From an uncultured virus (IMG/VR IMGVR_UViG_2061766007_000271) (Duplodnaviria > Heunggongvirae > Uroviricota > Caudoviricetes), in the IMG/VR virus record IMGVR_UViG_2061766007_000271: 60,502 bases of DNA, one strand, 5' to 3'. A program made the translations under genes and the position numbers. Shown one piece after another: positions 19,500 to 29,265 of this stretch (positions within the stretch are counted from its first letter, which is position 1; every line of letters begins with the position of its first letter). The notes beneath the pieces were generated by a model. It had not been told where the DNA came from, searched no databases, and was given only the letters and a program-made list of their open reading frames with translations.

Positions 19500-19568
19500 T
19501 AAATCAAGTAAAGAATCTAATCCAGAATTTACTATGGTTGTAGATTTTGGTAGATTTTAAGTTACGCA
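19474..19568 (+). ncRNA. omega-RNA-like 3' scaffold of TnpB element
   Basis: closing stem TGCGTAAC/GTTACGCA enclosing two hairpins at right end. Confidence 0.55.
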
Positions 19569-19631
19569 TGAAAACAAAACAAAAAAATTGGTCGGGATGC
19601 AAAAAAATCCCGACCATATATTTATTGACGG

Positions 19632-19979
19632 CTAATACCTGTCGTCATCCCTGTCGTCGTAGTCCCTCGGGTCGTATACTTCCTGCTCGGAGCAATACTG
19701 CTCAAGCCCTTCCCTTTCCTCTTCGGTGAGCCTGTCAAGCCAGTCCTCGCCCTTGTCATCCTTCGCATAATCCACGTCATCCACGACAAAGCCCATCTGC
19801 CTGTCAACGCCCTTGAAACCCCAGTATTCATATGCACCTATGCCAAAGTCCTCCCAATGACCATCATAGCCCACGTCAACAAGGTCTATGTCCACCTCGG
19901 TGCGACCAGCCTTGTCCTCAACATGGTACTCGCTGTTGGCATCCCGATACCTTGTGATGGTGTAGCAGAAATTTGACAT
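19632..19979 (-). CDS. highly acidic hypothetical protein
   Basis: GGAGA SD, start MSNFCY. Confidence 0.8.
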   Translation of the reverse strand: MSNFCYTITRYRDANSEYHVEDKAGRTEVDIDLVDVGYDGHWEDFGIGAYEYWGFKGVDRQMGFVVDDVDYAKDDKGEDWLDRLTEEEREGLEQYCSEQEVYDPRDYDDRDDDRY

Positions 19980-20009
19980 CTTCAATTCTCCAAGCAAAAA
20001 TCACAGCCA

Positions 20010-20081
20010 GCCGAATTGAGCCATTGGCGAATGCCAGCCTCTCGGCACTCGCATTATATGCCAGTCGGAACTGGATTTCAG
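20010..20081 (-). promoter_or_regulatory. class B promoter + leader hairpin
   Basis: consensus match (-35 CTGAAA). Confidence 0.8.
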
Positions 20082-20208
20082 CAACGCCGAATGAAAAAAT
20101 CCAGCCAGCATGCATTATACATATTCAATCCCATGCATCCACTGGCGAATGAAAAAAAGCCAGTATGGGGAACAAACTCCCCCCATACTGGCTTGCACCT
20201 ATGCCCCT

Positions 20209-20430
20209 TTATTTCGCCAGACTGCTCCACACGAGGGTGTCATTGTCCTTGTGGTAGCCTCTATGCCTCATCCAGTTGTCAAAGCACCTCGCCTGCGTGG
20301 CGTTATGGTCGCACTGCCAGTCGAAGTCCATACGTAGTTCGTCAACCTGTGCCTCCGTCAAGGCGACCAGCCTCTTTGCGATTCTGCTCTGCTTCTTGCC
20401 GATTAACGTCCTGTAGTTCATCTTCTTCAT
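20209..20430 (-). CDS. hypothetical protein
   Basis: AGGAGAG SD. Confidence 0.75.
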   Translation of the reverse strand: MKKMNYRTLIGKKQSRIAKRLVALTEAQVDELRMDFDWQCDHNATQARCFDNWMRHRGYHKDNDTLVWSSLAK

Positions 20431-20448
20431 TGTCTGCTCTCCTATGTT

Positions 20449-20778
20449 TCAGTCCCACATTTCGCCCTTCGGCATCCAAGCCTTGCCATCCATAGCATAG
20501 CCGATACGCCCGAGCCTGTCCTCAAAGTCCCACCTGTTAGTGCCACCATTCCAGTCTTTCCTGTGCTGTGCCGTGCGATACATTACACTGGGACAGCCAC
20601 CAAGAGGCGATGGACTGTATGCCACATAGTACAGTTGCCCATTCTCAAAGCCATTCTGCCCACCACCCACGAAGAAACCAGACTGGTCTCTCGCAGCACG
20701 ACCTCCATTCCAGTGAAGTTCAATTTCCCTGCAACCCAGTTTCTGCAACGCTCCACGCAAGCCGATTTTTTTAGCCAT
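20449..20778 (-). CDS. hypothetical protein (YRTA...D..GG.N)
   Basis: GGAGAG SD. Confidence 0.8.
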   Translation of the reverse strand: MAKKIGLRGALQKLGCREIELHWNGGRAARDQSGFFVGGGQNGFENGQLYYVAYSPSPLGGCPSVMYRTAQHRKDWNGGTNRWDFEDRLGRIGYAMDGKAWMPKGEMWD

Positions 20779-20811
20779 TATGCACTCTCCATTGTAAGGG
20801 GGACACACTCT

Positions 20812-20884
20812 GCCGACTTGAGGAGTGGCGTGTGTGCCATCCTCTCGGCACTCACATTATATGCCAACTTGACAGGGATTTCAA
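20812..20884 (-). promoter_or_regulatory. class B promoter + leader hairpin
   Basis: consensus match. Confidence 0.85.
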
Positions 20885-21027
20885 CAAAAACACGCAAAAA
20901 AATGAAAAAAGCGACCAGGGCGACTGGACTGGCTGGGCATGGTGTATTCAATACAGTCAGCCATGTGCAGAATGAAAAAAGGGGGAACGACACCGTGATG
21001 GTCGCTCCCCAATATGCCGTTGCTGGC

Positions 21028-21240
21028 TTAATTCCAGCCTATGCCCTTGAAGTTGTAGTTGCCTTGCCTTATCTGCTCATGGTCGGCTTGCACCGCCTTG
21101 CGATAGTCGGCACGTTGCATTTCCTTCTTCTTGCACTCCATGCAAATGCAGTCCGTGTTGTACATGGACATGATGCGTCCGTGTGCAAGACTGCCACCAC
21201 ATCTGTCGCAAGTGGTCTGTGTGAAAAACTTGTCAGCCAT
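21028..21240 (-). CDS. C4 zinc-finger phage protein (CDRCGG...CMEC)
   Basis: Cys motifs; SD. Confidence 0.85.
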   Translation of the reverse strand: MADKFFTQTTCDRCGGSLAHGRIMSMYNTDCICMECKKKEMQRADYRKAVQADHEQIRQGNYNFKGIGWN

Positions 21241-21274
21241 AGTTTCCTCTCCGTTGTCAGGGGTTGCATTTCAC

Positions 21275-21347
21275 ACCGAATTGAGGAAAGGGCAAATGCT
21301 CTCCCTCTCGGCATTTATATAATATGCCATTTTCAAAAAAATTTCAA
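21275..21347 (-). promoter_or_regulatory. class B promoter + leader hairpin
   Basis: consensus match. Confidence 0.85.
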
Positions 21348-21494
21348 CGTCAGCAACAAAAATAGTTGAAACTGCCGTTTTCCAGGCACATGTATTCAAT
21401 GTGCATCCCCCATGGGGTGAAAAACAAAAAAAGAGGGGAGTGGCAGGCAGTGCCACTCCCCTCGCATGGAGTTCGACTATGAGAAAGAAAATCC

Positions 21495-21767
21495 TTAACG
21501 CTTCGGCTGGCAATGTGGCGAGAGCATGATGTAGCCGTCTATTGCCTCCCATATATCCAAGGCACTGTCGCCACCAGCCTCGTCCATGGCTTTTTCCAGT
21601 ATTTCACGCTTTTCATCCAGCGTGATTCCAGAGGTGTCGTAGTCATCCTTGATTACATCCAGCCTCGTGTCAACATGCTCCACATCCCATAACGCCTGCA
21701 CCACGATGTTCTTGAGTTCTTCTTCGGTCATGGATTCCAGTTTCTTCTTCAGTTCAAGTCCGTTCAT
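21495..21767 (-). CDS. acidic hypothetical protein
   Basis: AGGAGAG SD, start MNGLEL. Confidence 0.8.
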   Translation of the reverse strand: MNGLELKKKLESMTEEELKNIVVQALWDVEHVDTRLDVIKDDYDTSGITLDEKREILEKAMDEAGGDSALDIWEAIDGYIMLSPHCQPKR

Positions 21768-21797
21768 CTTCGCTCTCCTGTCAAGGGGTTGCACTCT

Positions 21798-21871
21798 GCC
21801 GAATTGAGGAAAGAGCAAGAGGCTCTCCCTCTCGGCACTCACATTATATGCCAGTCCAAGACCGATTTCAA
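21798..21871 (-). promoter_or_regulatory. class B promoter + leader hairpin
   Basis: consensus match. Confidence 0.85.
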
Positions 21872-22005
21872 CGAAACCGAATGAAAAACACGAATATTTT
21901 CCCCAGACCAAGCCATCAAGTATTCAATCCATGCAAGACGCCAGCGAAAACAAAAAAAAAGAGGGAGTGCGTCATGCACTCCCTCTCCATATTACTCGCC
22001 CGTGC

Positions 22006-22146
22006 CTACTTCTCGGCTGACTTCCTGCTTTCTTCCTGTTTCCTGTTCCAGTCCATCACCTTCTTCCTCGTCTCATCGTACTGGGTGATTGGACACGAGA
22101 ACTTCTGCACCGACCTAATGTATTCCTGCATTTCCTTTCTGTCCAT
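22006..22146 (-). CDS. small hypothetical protein
   Basis: AGGAGAG SD, start MDRKEM. Confidence 0.7.
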   Translation of the reverse strand: MDRKEMQEYIRSVQKFSCPITQYDETRKKVMDWNRKQEESRKSAEK

Positions 22147-22172
22147 AACTCTCCTGCAAGTGGTTGCACTCT

Positions 22173-22245
22173 GCCGAATTGAGAACAAGGCAAATGTCCT
22201 GCCTCTCGGCACTGACATTATATGCCAACTGGACAGGGATTTCAA
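22173..22245 (-). promoter_or_regulatory. class B promoter + leader hairpin
   Basis: consensus match. Confidence 0.85.
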
Positions 22246-22362
22246 CAGGACTGAATAAAAAACTCCTACAATCTCAGAAGCATGTATTCAATCAAGACGC
22301 CATGCCAGTGGAAACAAAAAAATCTGGGAGCCATGCATTCGCACGGCTCCCCGACTGTCCAG

Positions 22363-22602
22363 TTACTTGCCAAGTTTGAGGAACCCACGCTTGTCAAGTC
22401 CACAGAATGACTTGATGTGAGTGCAGGTGGTCATGCTTGGGTCTCCGTCATAGAGCCTCGCCAGAGTGCCATCCTTGGCACGTTTCATTATTGGAGTGCC
22501 ATAGGAAAAGAGGGTTTCAGTGCCGTCGTCGTCAATGCCGACCTGTGCCTTGCCATAGAAGCTTTTGCGTCCGTTGGTCGGTGTGAGTTCGTAGATTTTC
22601 AT
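22363..22602 (-). CDS. conserved phage protein (KSFYGKA...LxSY.T type)
   Basis: motif; GGAGA SD. Confidence 0.8.
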   Translation of the reverse strand: MKIYELTPTNGRKSFYGKAQVGIDDDGTETLFSYGTPIMKRAKDGTLARLYDGDPSMTTCTHIKSFCGLDKRGFLKLGK

Positions 22603-22632
22603 AGTGCAGTCTCCAAAAAAGGTGATACATCT

Positions 22633-22703
22633 GCCGAATTGAAGCACAACAAGTGCAGTGCCTCTCGGCACTCACATTATATGCCATTTCAAAAAAATTT
22701 CAA
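22633..22703 (-). promoter_or_regulatory. class B promoter + leader hairpin
   Basis: consensus match, 16-bp spacer. Confidence 0.8.
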
Positions 22704-22906
22704 CAAAAAAAATCAAAAAAAATGTCAAAGCAACAAGCAGTCAAAGTCCTCTCCTCCCATTAGATATACTATATAAGATTTTCAAGGTGGAAATGAAAAA
22801 GTTTTTGCCATTCTGCCGACACCTCCATTCAATCACATGGGACATGCCACTGGCAACAAAAAAAGCCAGCAGGATGAAACCTGCTGGCTCTGGACACGCC
22901 CTCTTT

Positions 22907-23137
22907 CTACTTCGCCATCCACACCTCTATGCTCTCGCCGTTGTCAAACGCCATCCTCTTCTTCACGTTGCCTGTGGTCAGGCTCACATTCGTTGATACA
23001 TCGGTGCAATGCAAACCACGCCTGCAAGCACTGAATTCACGGATTCTCTCGTCTGCATATGAACGTGCCTTGTCGCTGGTCTTGAACATACGCACCTTCT
23101 CCTGCACTCCGTTGATTGTAGTCGCCACTCTAACCAT
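22907..23137 (-). CDS. hypothetical protein
   Basis: AGGAGA SD, start MVRVAT. Confidence 0.75.
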   Translation of the reverse strand: MVRVATTINGVQEKVRMFKTSDKARSYADERIREFSACRRGLHCTDVSTNVSLTTGNVKKRMAFDNGESIEVWMAK

Positions 23138-23168
23138 TGCTGTGTCTCCTGTGCTGTCAATGCAACAA

Positions 23169-23241
23169 GCCGAATTGAGGCATGGCGTGTGTGCCATCCT
23201 CTCGGCATTGGGATTATATGCCAGTATGGACTGGATTTCAA
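23169..23241 (-). promoter_or_regulatory. class B promoter + leader hairpin
   Basis: consensus match. Confidence 0.85.
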
Positions 23242-23368
23242 CAGAAACGAATGAAAAGCATCAAGGCAGACGCCATCTGGCATTCAATGCCAGACAGTCG
23301 GCGGTGAATGAAAAAAAGCAAGGGGGCATGGTGTGGAAACCACGCCCCCTGTTTCACGCAAAAGCCGA

Positions 23369-23539
23369 CTATGCCAGTGCAAGGCACATACCGAACAGTG
23401 TGCATATTAGGAACACAGGAAAGCCTATGAGCATAGCCAGTCCCACGTTGCCTGCGTTGCTTTCGTCATATGCCCTGCACTTCACGTCATATGCATTCTT
23501 TATTGCATTGTAGATTTCGTTCTTCGCTTCTTCGCTCAT
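23369..23539 (-). CDS. small protein with C-terminal TM helix
   Basis: GGAGA SD, start MSEEAK. Confidence 0.65.
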   Translation of the reverse strand: MSEEAKNEIYNAIKNAYDVKCRAYDESNAGNVGLAMLIGFPVFLICTLFGMCLALA

Positions 23540-23639
23540 TCTCTGCCTTATTCTCCAGTTTGGGGGGTTGTGGTTTGAAAACAAAAAAGGGAACGGACAA
23601 CAGACTGCCACGTTCCCCAAACGTCCGTTGATGATGTTG

Positions 23640-23960
23640 CTACTTTTCAGCAATATGCTCAAGTGCGTGTGCCACGCTGGTCTTGAGGTTGTCTATGTAT
23701 TCGCCCCATTCCTCGCACCATTCGTCAAGTGCGTTTGACATTAGTTCCGCCACCTTGCCATTCGGGACATTAAGTATCCTCTGGTACTTGCCATTCTCGT
23801 CATCCACGTCATCCACGCCAGACGCATTGTTCGCCACCTCGCTCTTGAGGATTTCATATTCCTCGTCGTCAAAGAAGCCTGGGAACACGCACCTTGCACG
23901 TTCCTCTTCCGTCATCTTCTCCAGCATTTCGTAAACTTCCTTGCCAGTAAACCTGCTCAT
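23640..23960 (-). CDS. acidic hypothetical protein
   Basis: GGAGA SD, start MSRFTG. Confidence 0.8.
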   Translation of the reverse strand: MSRFTGKEVYEMLEKMTEEERARCVFPGFFDDEEYEILKSEVANNASGVDDVDDENGKYQRILNVPNGKVAELMSNALDEWCEEWGEYIDNLKTSVAHALEHIAEK

Positions 23961-23992
23961 CTGCATTTCTCCGTTGTTAAGGGTTGCACGTT

Positions 23993-24064
23993 GCCGAACT
24001 GGGGTGGAGCAAGAGGCTCTCCTCTCGGCACTGACATTATATGCCAACTGGACACGCATTTCAA
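23993..24064 (-). promoter_or_regulatory. class B promoter + leader hairpin
   Basis: consensus match. Confidence 0.85.
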
Positions 24065-24221
24065 CAGAAACACGCAAAAAACATCAAGAAAGGCACACGC
24101 ATGTGCCAGGTGCGACCACCACATACCAGCAGTGTATTCAATCCCTTCCATGTGGGCGTGGAAACAAAAAAAAACAGGGGAAAGCACCAGTGTACCTTCC
24201 CCTTGCCTGTCGGCAACCTCA

Positions 24222-24728
24222 TCAATTCCGTTGCCATATCCTGTCAGGCGATTTGAACTGGCAGTAGTCCTCTCCAAAGCCACCTTCCTCTATCGGCTCG
24301 TCCAGTTCGTTGCCGTCCTCATCTTCGTATATCCTAGACCATTCACGTATGTCGCTGACCAAGTTGCCATTGTGGTCGCAGGCTATCCACTCCTGGAATT
24401 CATTCCCGCATTCCTCGGAGTACAGTTCCACAGCCACGTCCAGTTTGGGGCAGAGCAGGTCAAGCGATATGAAGTGGGCACCATTGAGAATCTGCCCCTC
24501 GTTCTCAACGTTGCAGAACAGGTCTATGCAGTTCCAAGCACTGTCGCCCTCTATCTCGACCACGCAGAAGCCATCCTCTGTCCTCTGTATTTCGCCACAC
24601 ATTCTTGCATAGAATATGCGTCCAGCGTAGAATTCGCCGTCCTCTGCATTCATTATGGACACAAGACGCCTGATTGCGTCCTCGTTCTTCGCAACAACTT
24701 TCATCAGAAAATAGCAGTCATTCGCCAT
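24222..24728 (-). CDS. hypothetical protein, possibly YubB/DUF1281 ferredoxin-like
   Basis: MANDC start, SAW and YSEECG..F motifs (family call tentative). Confidence 0.7.
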   Translation of the reverse strand: MANDCYFLMKVVAKNEDAIRRLVSIMNAEDGEFYAGRIFYARMCGEIQRTEDGFCVVEIEGDSAWNCIDLFCNVENEGQILNGAHFISLDLLCPKLDVAVELYSEECGNEFQEWIACDHNGNLVSDIREWSRIYEDEDGNELDEPIEEGGFGEDYCQFKSPDRIWQRN

Positions 24729-24762
24729 AAGCCAGTTCTCCATTGTCAAAGGTGTGGGACAC

Positions 24763-24836
24763 GCCGAATTGAGGTACAGGCACATATACCAGCCTCTCGG
24801 CACATACATAATATGCCAATTTCAAACGGATTTCAA
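24763..24836 (-). promoter_or_regulatory. class B promoter + leader hairpin
   Basis: consensus match. Confidence 0.85.
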
Positions 24837-24960
24837 CTCACACGATGAAAAAAACTGGAAAACATCATTTTGTCCAGTATGATTGAATACCGTGTCCATA
24901 TGGCTGAATGAAAAAAAGAGGCAGGCGTGAATGCGTCTGCCTCTAATGTGGACTGGACTT

Positions 24961-25230
24961 CTATACCTTGACCACTGTGCATTCCACGATGTGCGTGGTT
25001 GTCCTGTTGTCATTCTCTGGCATCCAGGTGAAGCCCTTGTTGCAGAAAGCGGTCTCGTCCGTGATTTTGTCGGATATGAGGTCTGCGATTTCGCTTTCGT
25101 CATTGATGTCATCCACCTCATTCTCGTCGATTTCAACAGTCATCTGCGTCGGTAGCGAGGCAAGTATTTCCTCTGCCTCTTCCTCTCCGTCCACGTCCCA
25201 TTCTATGTTCGTCACGATGTACTTCGCCAT
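24961..25230 (-). CDS. acidic protein, paralog of 5680-5892
   Basis: VTNIEWDVD...EIL.SLP.QM shared. Confidence 0.8.
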   Translation of the reverse strand: MAKYIVTNIEWDVDGEEEAEEILASLPTQMTVEIDENEVDDINDESEIADLISDKITDETAFCNKGFTWMPENDNRTTTHIVECTVVKV

Positions 25231-25264
25231 AAGCCAGTTCTCCATTGTTGAGGATTTGAAACAC

Positions 25265-25335
25265 GCCGTCTTGAGGCATGGCACACGCCAGCCTCTCGGC
25301 ATTCACATTATATGCCAGTTCAAGACCGATTTCAA
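25265..25335 (-). promoter_or_regulatory. class B promoter + leader hairpin
   Basis: consensus match. Confidence 0.85.
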
Positions 25336-25462
25336 CGAAATCAACGAAAAAACTGGATTCCATCATAGCCATATTCAATGCACAGCCCCTATGGGTAGAA
25401 ACAAAAAAAACGGCAGGACTGGACAATTCCAGTCCTGCCCCTTTGCTCCCCCCTTCGTATGG

Positions 25463-25852
25463 CTATTTCACCACGATGTACTCGTTGCCGTCAAAGGCGA
25501 TTTTGAGTATCTTGTCAAGGTGGCATTCACGATAGCCTTGAGCCTGCGAGTCATAGAACCCGAAGATTCCCTTCGTCCTGCGTTCGGCAAAGGTCTCGCC
25601 CACACCTTTCGGTGCGATTGACTTGTCTTTGGGGTTATGCACTCCAGTCTGTGCGAGTGCCTCTCTCTCATATGAGATTGCCCCGCCACAATAAGGGCAG
25701 ACGGCAGGGTGCGAGGCAACCCACTTCTTGCTTGTCCTGCCACAGGACGTGCATTTGGGCAACGTGCGTTCAAATGTCAAAGAAAAGAAACGTCCATGCT
25801 GGATTGATTTTACGAGACTGGCGATTTCAGAAGAGGTGATGTTCTTTTTCAT
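25463..25852 (-). CDS. WYL/SH3-like protein with zinc-ribbon insertion (paralog 1)
   Basis: PKCTSCG...CPYCGG; FSLTF...YD....YR....I..I. Confidence 0.7.
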   Translation of the reverse strand: MKKNITSSEIASLVKSIQHGRFFSLTFERTLPKCTSCGRTSKKWVASHPAVCPYCGGAISYEREALAQTGVHNPKDKSIAPKGVGETFAERRTKGIFGFYDSQAQGYRECHLDKILKIAFDGNEYIVVK

Positions 25853-25886
25853 CTGCGTTGCAATGTGGAGAAAGAGAGTGTGTTTC

Positions 25887-25970
25887 GGCGGAAATCCAGC
25901 ACACGCTGGCTCTGCCATGGTTTCTTTCTCTCGGCACATACATTATATGCCATTTCAAGACCGATTTCAA
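25887..25970 (-). promoter_or_regulatory. class B promoter with divergent leader
   Basis: -35/-10 consensus; GCCGAGAGAAAG. Confidence 0.8.
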
Positions 25971-26153
25971 CAAAAAAAGCGAAAAAAGTTGAAAATCGTC
26001 AAAAAAAATACAGACCAGGTGCAGACAAGGCGTGGACAATGCATTCAATCATGCCATGCATTCAATGTCGCATGATGACTTGAATGAAAAAAAGGGGAGC
26101 GGACTGGATTTTCCAGTCCGCTCCACTTTGCCTATGCCCTTGCCTGTATCCTA

Positions 26154-26486
26154 CTATACAAGATAGAACTCAAGTCCGTTATGCTCCAGCGACACCACGT
26201 TGCGTAGTATGCACTGTTTCATATGCCTGTCTGCGAAGTAGTAGAAATTCCCTTCCTCGCCAATGCCGTTGCTGATGTAGCAGTCCACGTCGCCCTCATA
26301 GGCTATAAGTCCGCCACAATGGGGGCAAATGGCTGGCTTCGTCTTGAGCCAAGCCGAACTCTTGCGACCGCAACTTGTGCATTTGGGCGTTGCCCGCCTG
26401 TATTTCATATGCCATAGTGTCTGCCTCGTGTCGCAGGAATTCACGATTTCCTTCAGTTGCGTTGCAGTGACCAGTTTTCTCTCCAT
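26154..26486 (-). CDS. zinc-ribbon WYL/SH3-like paralog 2
   Basis: PKCTSCG...CPHCGG. Confidence 0.75.
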   Translation of the reverse strand: MERKLVTATQLKEIVNSCDTRQTLWHMKYRRATPKCTSCGRKSSAWLKTKPAICPHCGGLIAYEGDVDCYISNGIGEEGNFYYFADRHMKQCILRNVVSLEHNGLEFYLV

Positions 26487-26519
26487 AGTGCATTCTCCTG
26501 TAAGGGGGGTGATACATCT

Positions 26520-26592
26520 GCCGAATTGAGAGCAGGGCAAGTGCCTCGCCTCTCGGCACTCACATTATATGCCAGTTGGACACGCATTTCAA
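26520..26592 (-). promoter_or_regulatory. class B promoter + leader hairpin
   Basis: consensus match. Confidence 0.85.
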
Positions 26593-26727
26593 CAAAACCG
26601 AATGAAAAAGTCAACTGGCGTCCACATTATGCCAGACATGTATTCAATCACGACGTCCGTACTGCAGATGCGAAAAAGCCCGACCTCATTCATCATTCGG
26701 TCGGGCTTGCGTGGCTTGATTCAGCCG

Positions 26728-27045
26728 TTATTTCTCGGCTACCTTTGCGTCTCCATAGAAGTCATCCACATTGTAGGCTTCTGCGAATTCCTCGTCAAGT
26801 GGGTTGCCATTCTCGTCAAAATATTCCCCAAGCCAAGTGCATTCACCATATTCTGTGCCTGGGCAGGAGTCAATGTAGAATGCCTCCTTGTCTGGCATTG
26901 GAGTGCCATCCCATTTCTGCGTCATGACAAGACCTATTCCGTCCCTGCCGACGATTCTCCTGTTGCCTACATCTTCCTTGAGGAAGGCTACCATTTCGCT
27001 AAAGGTGTCAAAGGAAAAGCGTTCAAAAGTACCAGTTTTCCGCAT
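26728..27045 (-). CDS. acidic hypothetical protein
   Basis: GGAGA SD, start MRKTG. Confidence 0.8.
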   Translation of the reverse strand: MRKTGTFERFSFDTFSEMVAFLKEDVGNRRIVGRDGIGLVMTQKWDGTPMPDKEAFYIDSCPGTEYGECTWLGEYFDENGNPLDEEFAEAYNVDDFYGDAKVAEK

Positions 27046-27077
27046 AGATGAATTCTCCATTAAGGGGTTGCGTCTCT

Positions 27078-27151
27078 GCCGAATTGAGGAACAGGGCAAA
27101 TGCCTCGCCTCTCGGCATTGACATTATATGCCAAAAGAATCGTGATTTCAA
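27078..27151 (-). promoter_or_regulatory. class B promoter + leader hairpin
   Basis: consensus match. Confidence 0.85.
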
Positions 27152-27293
27152 CGCACACGATGAAAAAACACGGAATGCAATCACAGCCACAGGACGGATG
27201 CCATGCAGGATTGAATACACATTCCCCCGTCAATGAATGAAAAAAGGGGGTATGGTGGCTTTGCCACCAGACCCCCTGCCTACACGTCTTCGC

Positions 27294-27611
27294 TTATTCG
27301 CCTACCACTTCCACATTGTACTGCTCTCCTATTGAGCATTCCCACACGCCTTCAAGCGTGTCGGCACACGCATCCGAACAGGACATTTCATATCCGTCCT
27401 TGTCAAACCAGACCATTTCGCACCAGAGATTGGTCTGCCCAGAACAAACACGCAGGTCGGCAAAGCACCCGTCCTCAAACTGGACTGTCCTGCTGAACAG
27501 GGTCTCATCCTCACGGACATCTTCCTTCTCAAAGTCAATGTCCTCGCCAAGTTGCAGAAGCCTGTTCCACCTGTCCGCCTCTGCCTTGCTGATTGTGATT
27601 CTCTTCGCCAT
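27294..27611 (-). CDS. hypothetical protein
   Basis: AGGAGA SD. Confidence 0.8.
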   Translation of the reverse strand: MAKRITISKAEADRWNRLLQLGEDIDFEKEDVREDETLFSRTVQFEDGCFADLRVCSGQTNLWCEMVWFDKDGYEMSCSDACADTLEGVWECSIGEQYNVEVVGE

Positions 27612-27649
27612 GGTCGCTTTCTCCTGTTGGTTATGGGTTATGGATTGTC

Positions 27650-27904
27650 CTAATCTTCCTCGTCAATGTCCTGTGCCATGGCAGAACAAGCCTCCCAATA
27701 GGGATTTTCCTCGTCATATTTGTCGTTGAACTGGCTGATTACCTCGTCATCGGTCATTCCGTCCAGTCTGTCGCTGTCCTCGACATATGACGACACGCTT
27801 TCACGAATGTCGTCTGCCGTGTAGATGTTGTAGAGAACCTTTGCGTTCTTGTCAAGTTTCTTGAGGTCTGCGATAACCTCGGCTACTGTCTTTACTAGGC
27901 TCAT
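27650..27904 (-). CDS. acidic hypothetical protein
   Basis: GGAGA SD. Confidence 0.8.
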   Translation of the reverse strand: MSLVKTVAEVIADLKKLDKNAKVLYNIYTADDIRESVSSYVEDSDRLDGMTDDEVISQFNDKYDEENPYWEACSAMAQDIDEED

Positions 27905-27935
27905 CTGTCATTCTCCATGTCAGGGGTTGCACTCT

Positions 27936-28008
27936 GCCGAACTGGGGAGTAGCGGGTGTGCCATCCTCTCGGCACATACATTATATGCCATTTCAACAAA
28001 GATTTCAA
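27936..28008 (-). promoter_or_regulatory. class B promoter + leader hairpin
   Basis: consensus match. Confidence 0.85.
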
Positions 28009-28166
28009 AGCAACAGACAAAAATAGTCAAATTTCCATCATTTTTCGCTGGATGTGGGCGACCAGGTGTTCCACAGGTGGCATCATATATTCAATCACAA
28101 CGACAGGACTATAGGCACGAAAAAAGCCTGGCTTCATTCAGTCAGGCTTTCGTGGTTCGCAGAATC

Positions 28167-28358
28167 CTACGGCAGTTTCCACACATTCATCTTCATATAC
28201 GATGACGTGAATGTCTTTTTCGCCCTTAGATATGCGTCCATTATGTTCAGTTGTTGCAGTTTGCCCATTTCCTTCAGCTTCCTGCACTTGCGTATAGCCT
28301 CTGCCATTCTGTACTTGTAGATTTTATAGACAGGTGTGTTGTGCGTGATTGTCCTCAT
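28167..28358 (-). CDS. basic hypothetical protein
   Basis: GAGGAG SD, start MRTITH. Confidence 0.7.
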   Translation of the reverse strand: MRTITHNTPVYKIYKYRMAEAIRKCRKLKEMGKLQQLNIMDAYLRAKKTFTSSYMKMNVWKLP

Positions 28359-28388
28359 TTCATTCTCCTCTCTTCCAGTTGCGTTCCA

Positions 28389-28459
28389 GTCGAATTGAGC
28401 CACAGGGACTTCCTGCCTCTCGGCACAGGGATTATATGACAGTCAAGACAGGATTTCAA
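28389..28459 (-). promoter_or_regulatory. class B promoter + leader hairpin
   Basis: consensus match. Confidence 0.8.
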
Positions 28460-28579
28460 CGGAACTGAATGAAAAAACACCAGTTGTGAATGGACGGCTG
28501 TATTCAATGCATCTGCCATGCGAATGGACATAAAAAACAGGCGTGGCAGAAATGCCACACCCTATTCCTTTATTTATGA

Positions 28580-28789
28580 CTACTTGTAGTGCCTTTCCCC
28601 ATTCTCATCTTCCTCTCCACTCACTTCCACCTCGTAGTCATCTGTGAGGTGGTCGGTCAGTTTCCATTGGATATTGCCGTTCTCCACCATTGAGGACGCC
28701 TTTTCCTCTGCCTCTTCCTCTGTATTCGCCTCTACCACGATGCTTTGTGCGATAGTACGGAAAACATCTACAACAAACTTCTTCGCCAT
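28580..28789 (-). CDS. DpnD/PcfM-like small protein (VEANTEEEA)
   Basis: motif; SD. Confidence 0.75.
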   Translation of the reverse strand: MAKKFVVDVFRTIAQSIVVEANTEEEAEEKASSMVENGNIQWKLTDHLTDDYEVEVSGEEDENGERHYK

Positions 28790-28817
28790 AAGCCTATCTC
28801 CATTTTAAGGTGGGACT

Positions 28818-28890
28818 GCCGAACTGGGGAGTGGCAGGTGTGCCATCCTCTCGGCACTCACATTATATGCCATTTTCAAACAGATTTCAA
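28818..28890 (-). promoter_or_regulatory. class B promoter + leader hairpin
   Basis: consensus match. Confidence 0.85.
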
Positions 28891-29047
28891 CAGGAACAAC
28901 AAAAAAACACGGAATGCAATCACAGCCATATTCAATGCATACCCAGTTGAGGAAAACAAAAAAATGAGTGGTCTGGACACAAACGCCAATAAATGTCCAG
29001 ACCACCCGAGACGCACTTGCCAAAAAAGTGCGTCCAAGACCTTATTC

Positions 29048-29233
29048 TTATTGTTCAGCCTCGCCAATCACCTCGTAGCCACTGTCGCCAAGTTCAAGGT
29101 TGGAAAAGTCCACCTCTCCATTCTCCACCTTGTTCTTGAGGATTTCCACTGCCTCTTCAGCAGTTTCCGCCTCTATGTTCTCAAACAGAGCCGAATGCTC
29201 CCAGTACTCAACCGTGAAGATTTTCTTTGCCAT
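29048..29233 (-). CDS. DpnD/PcfM-like small protein (IEAETAEEA)
   Basis: motif; SD. Confidence 0.75.
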   Translation of the reverse strand: MAKKIFTVEYWEHSALFENIEAETAEEAVEILKNKVENGEVDFSNLELGDSGYEVIGEAEQ

Positions 29234-29265
29234 AAGTTCACTTCTCCATTATAGGTTCAGCCTCT

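Larger units (their letters stand above)
16741..19568 (+). mobile_element. TnpB-only (IS607/IS200-605-like) element with imperfect inverted ends
   Basis: left TAACAAAAAATCTATCAAAATCTACAA vs right TTGTAGATTTTGGTAGATTTTAAGTTA; low GC; opposite strand to flanks. Confidence 0.8.

Noticed and set aside
10944..19507. ORFs made largely of X
   Set aside because: Artefacts of N gaps; the 820-aa TnpB length is not real.
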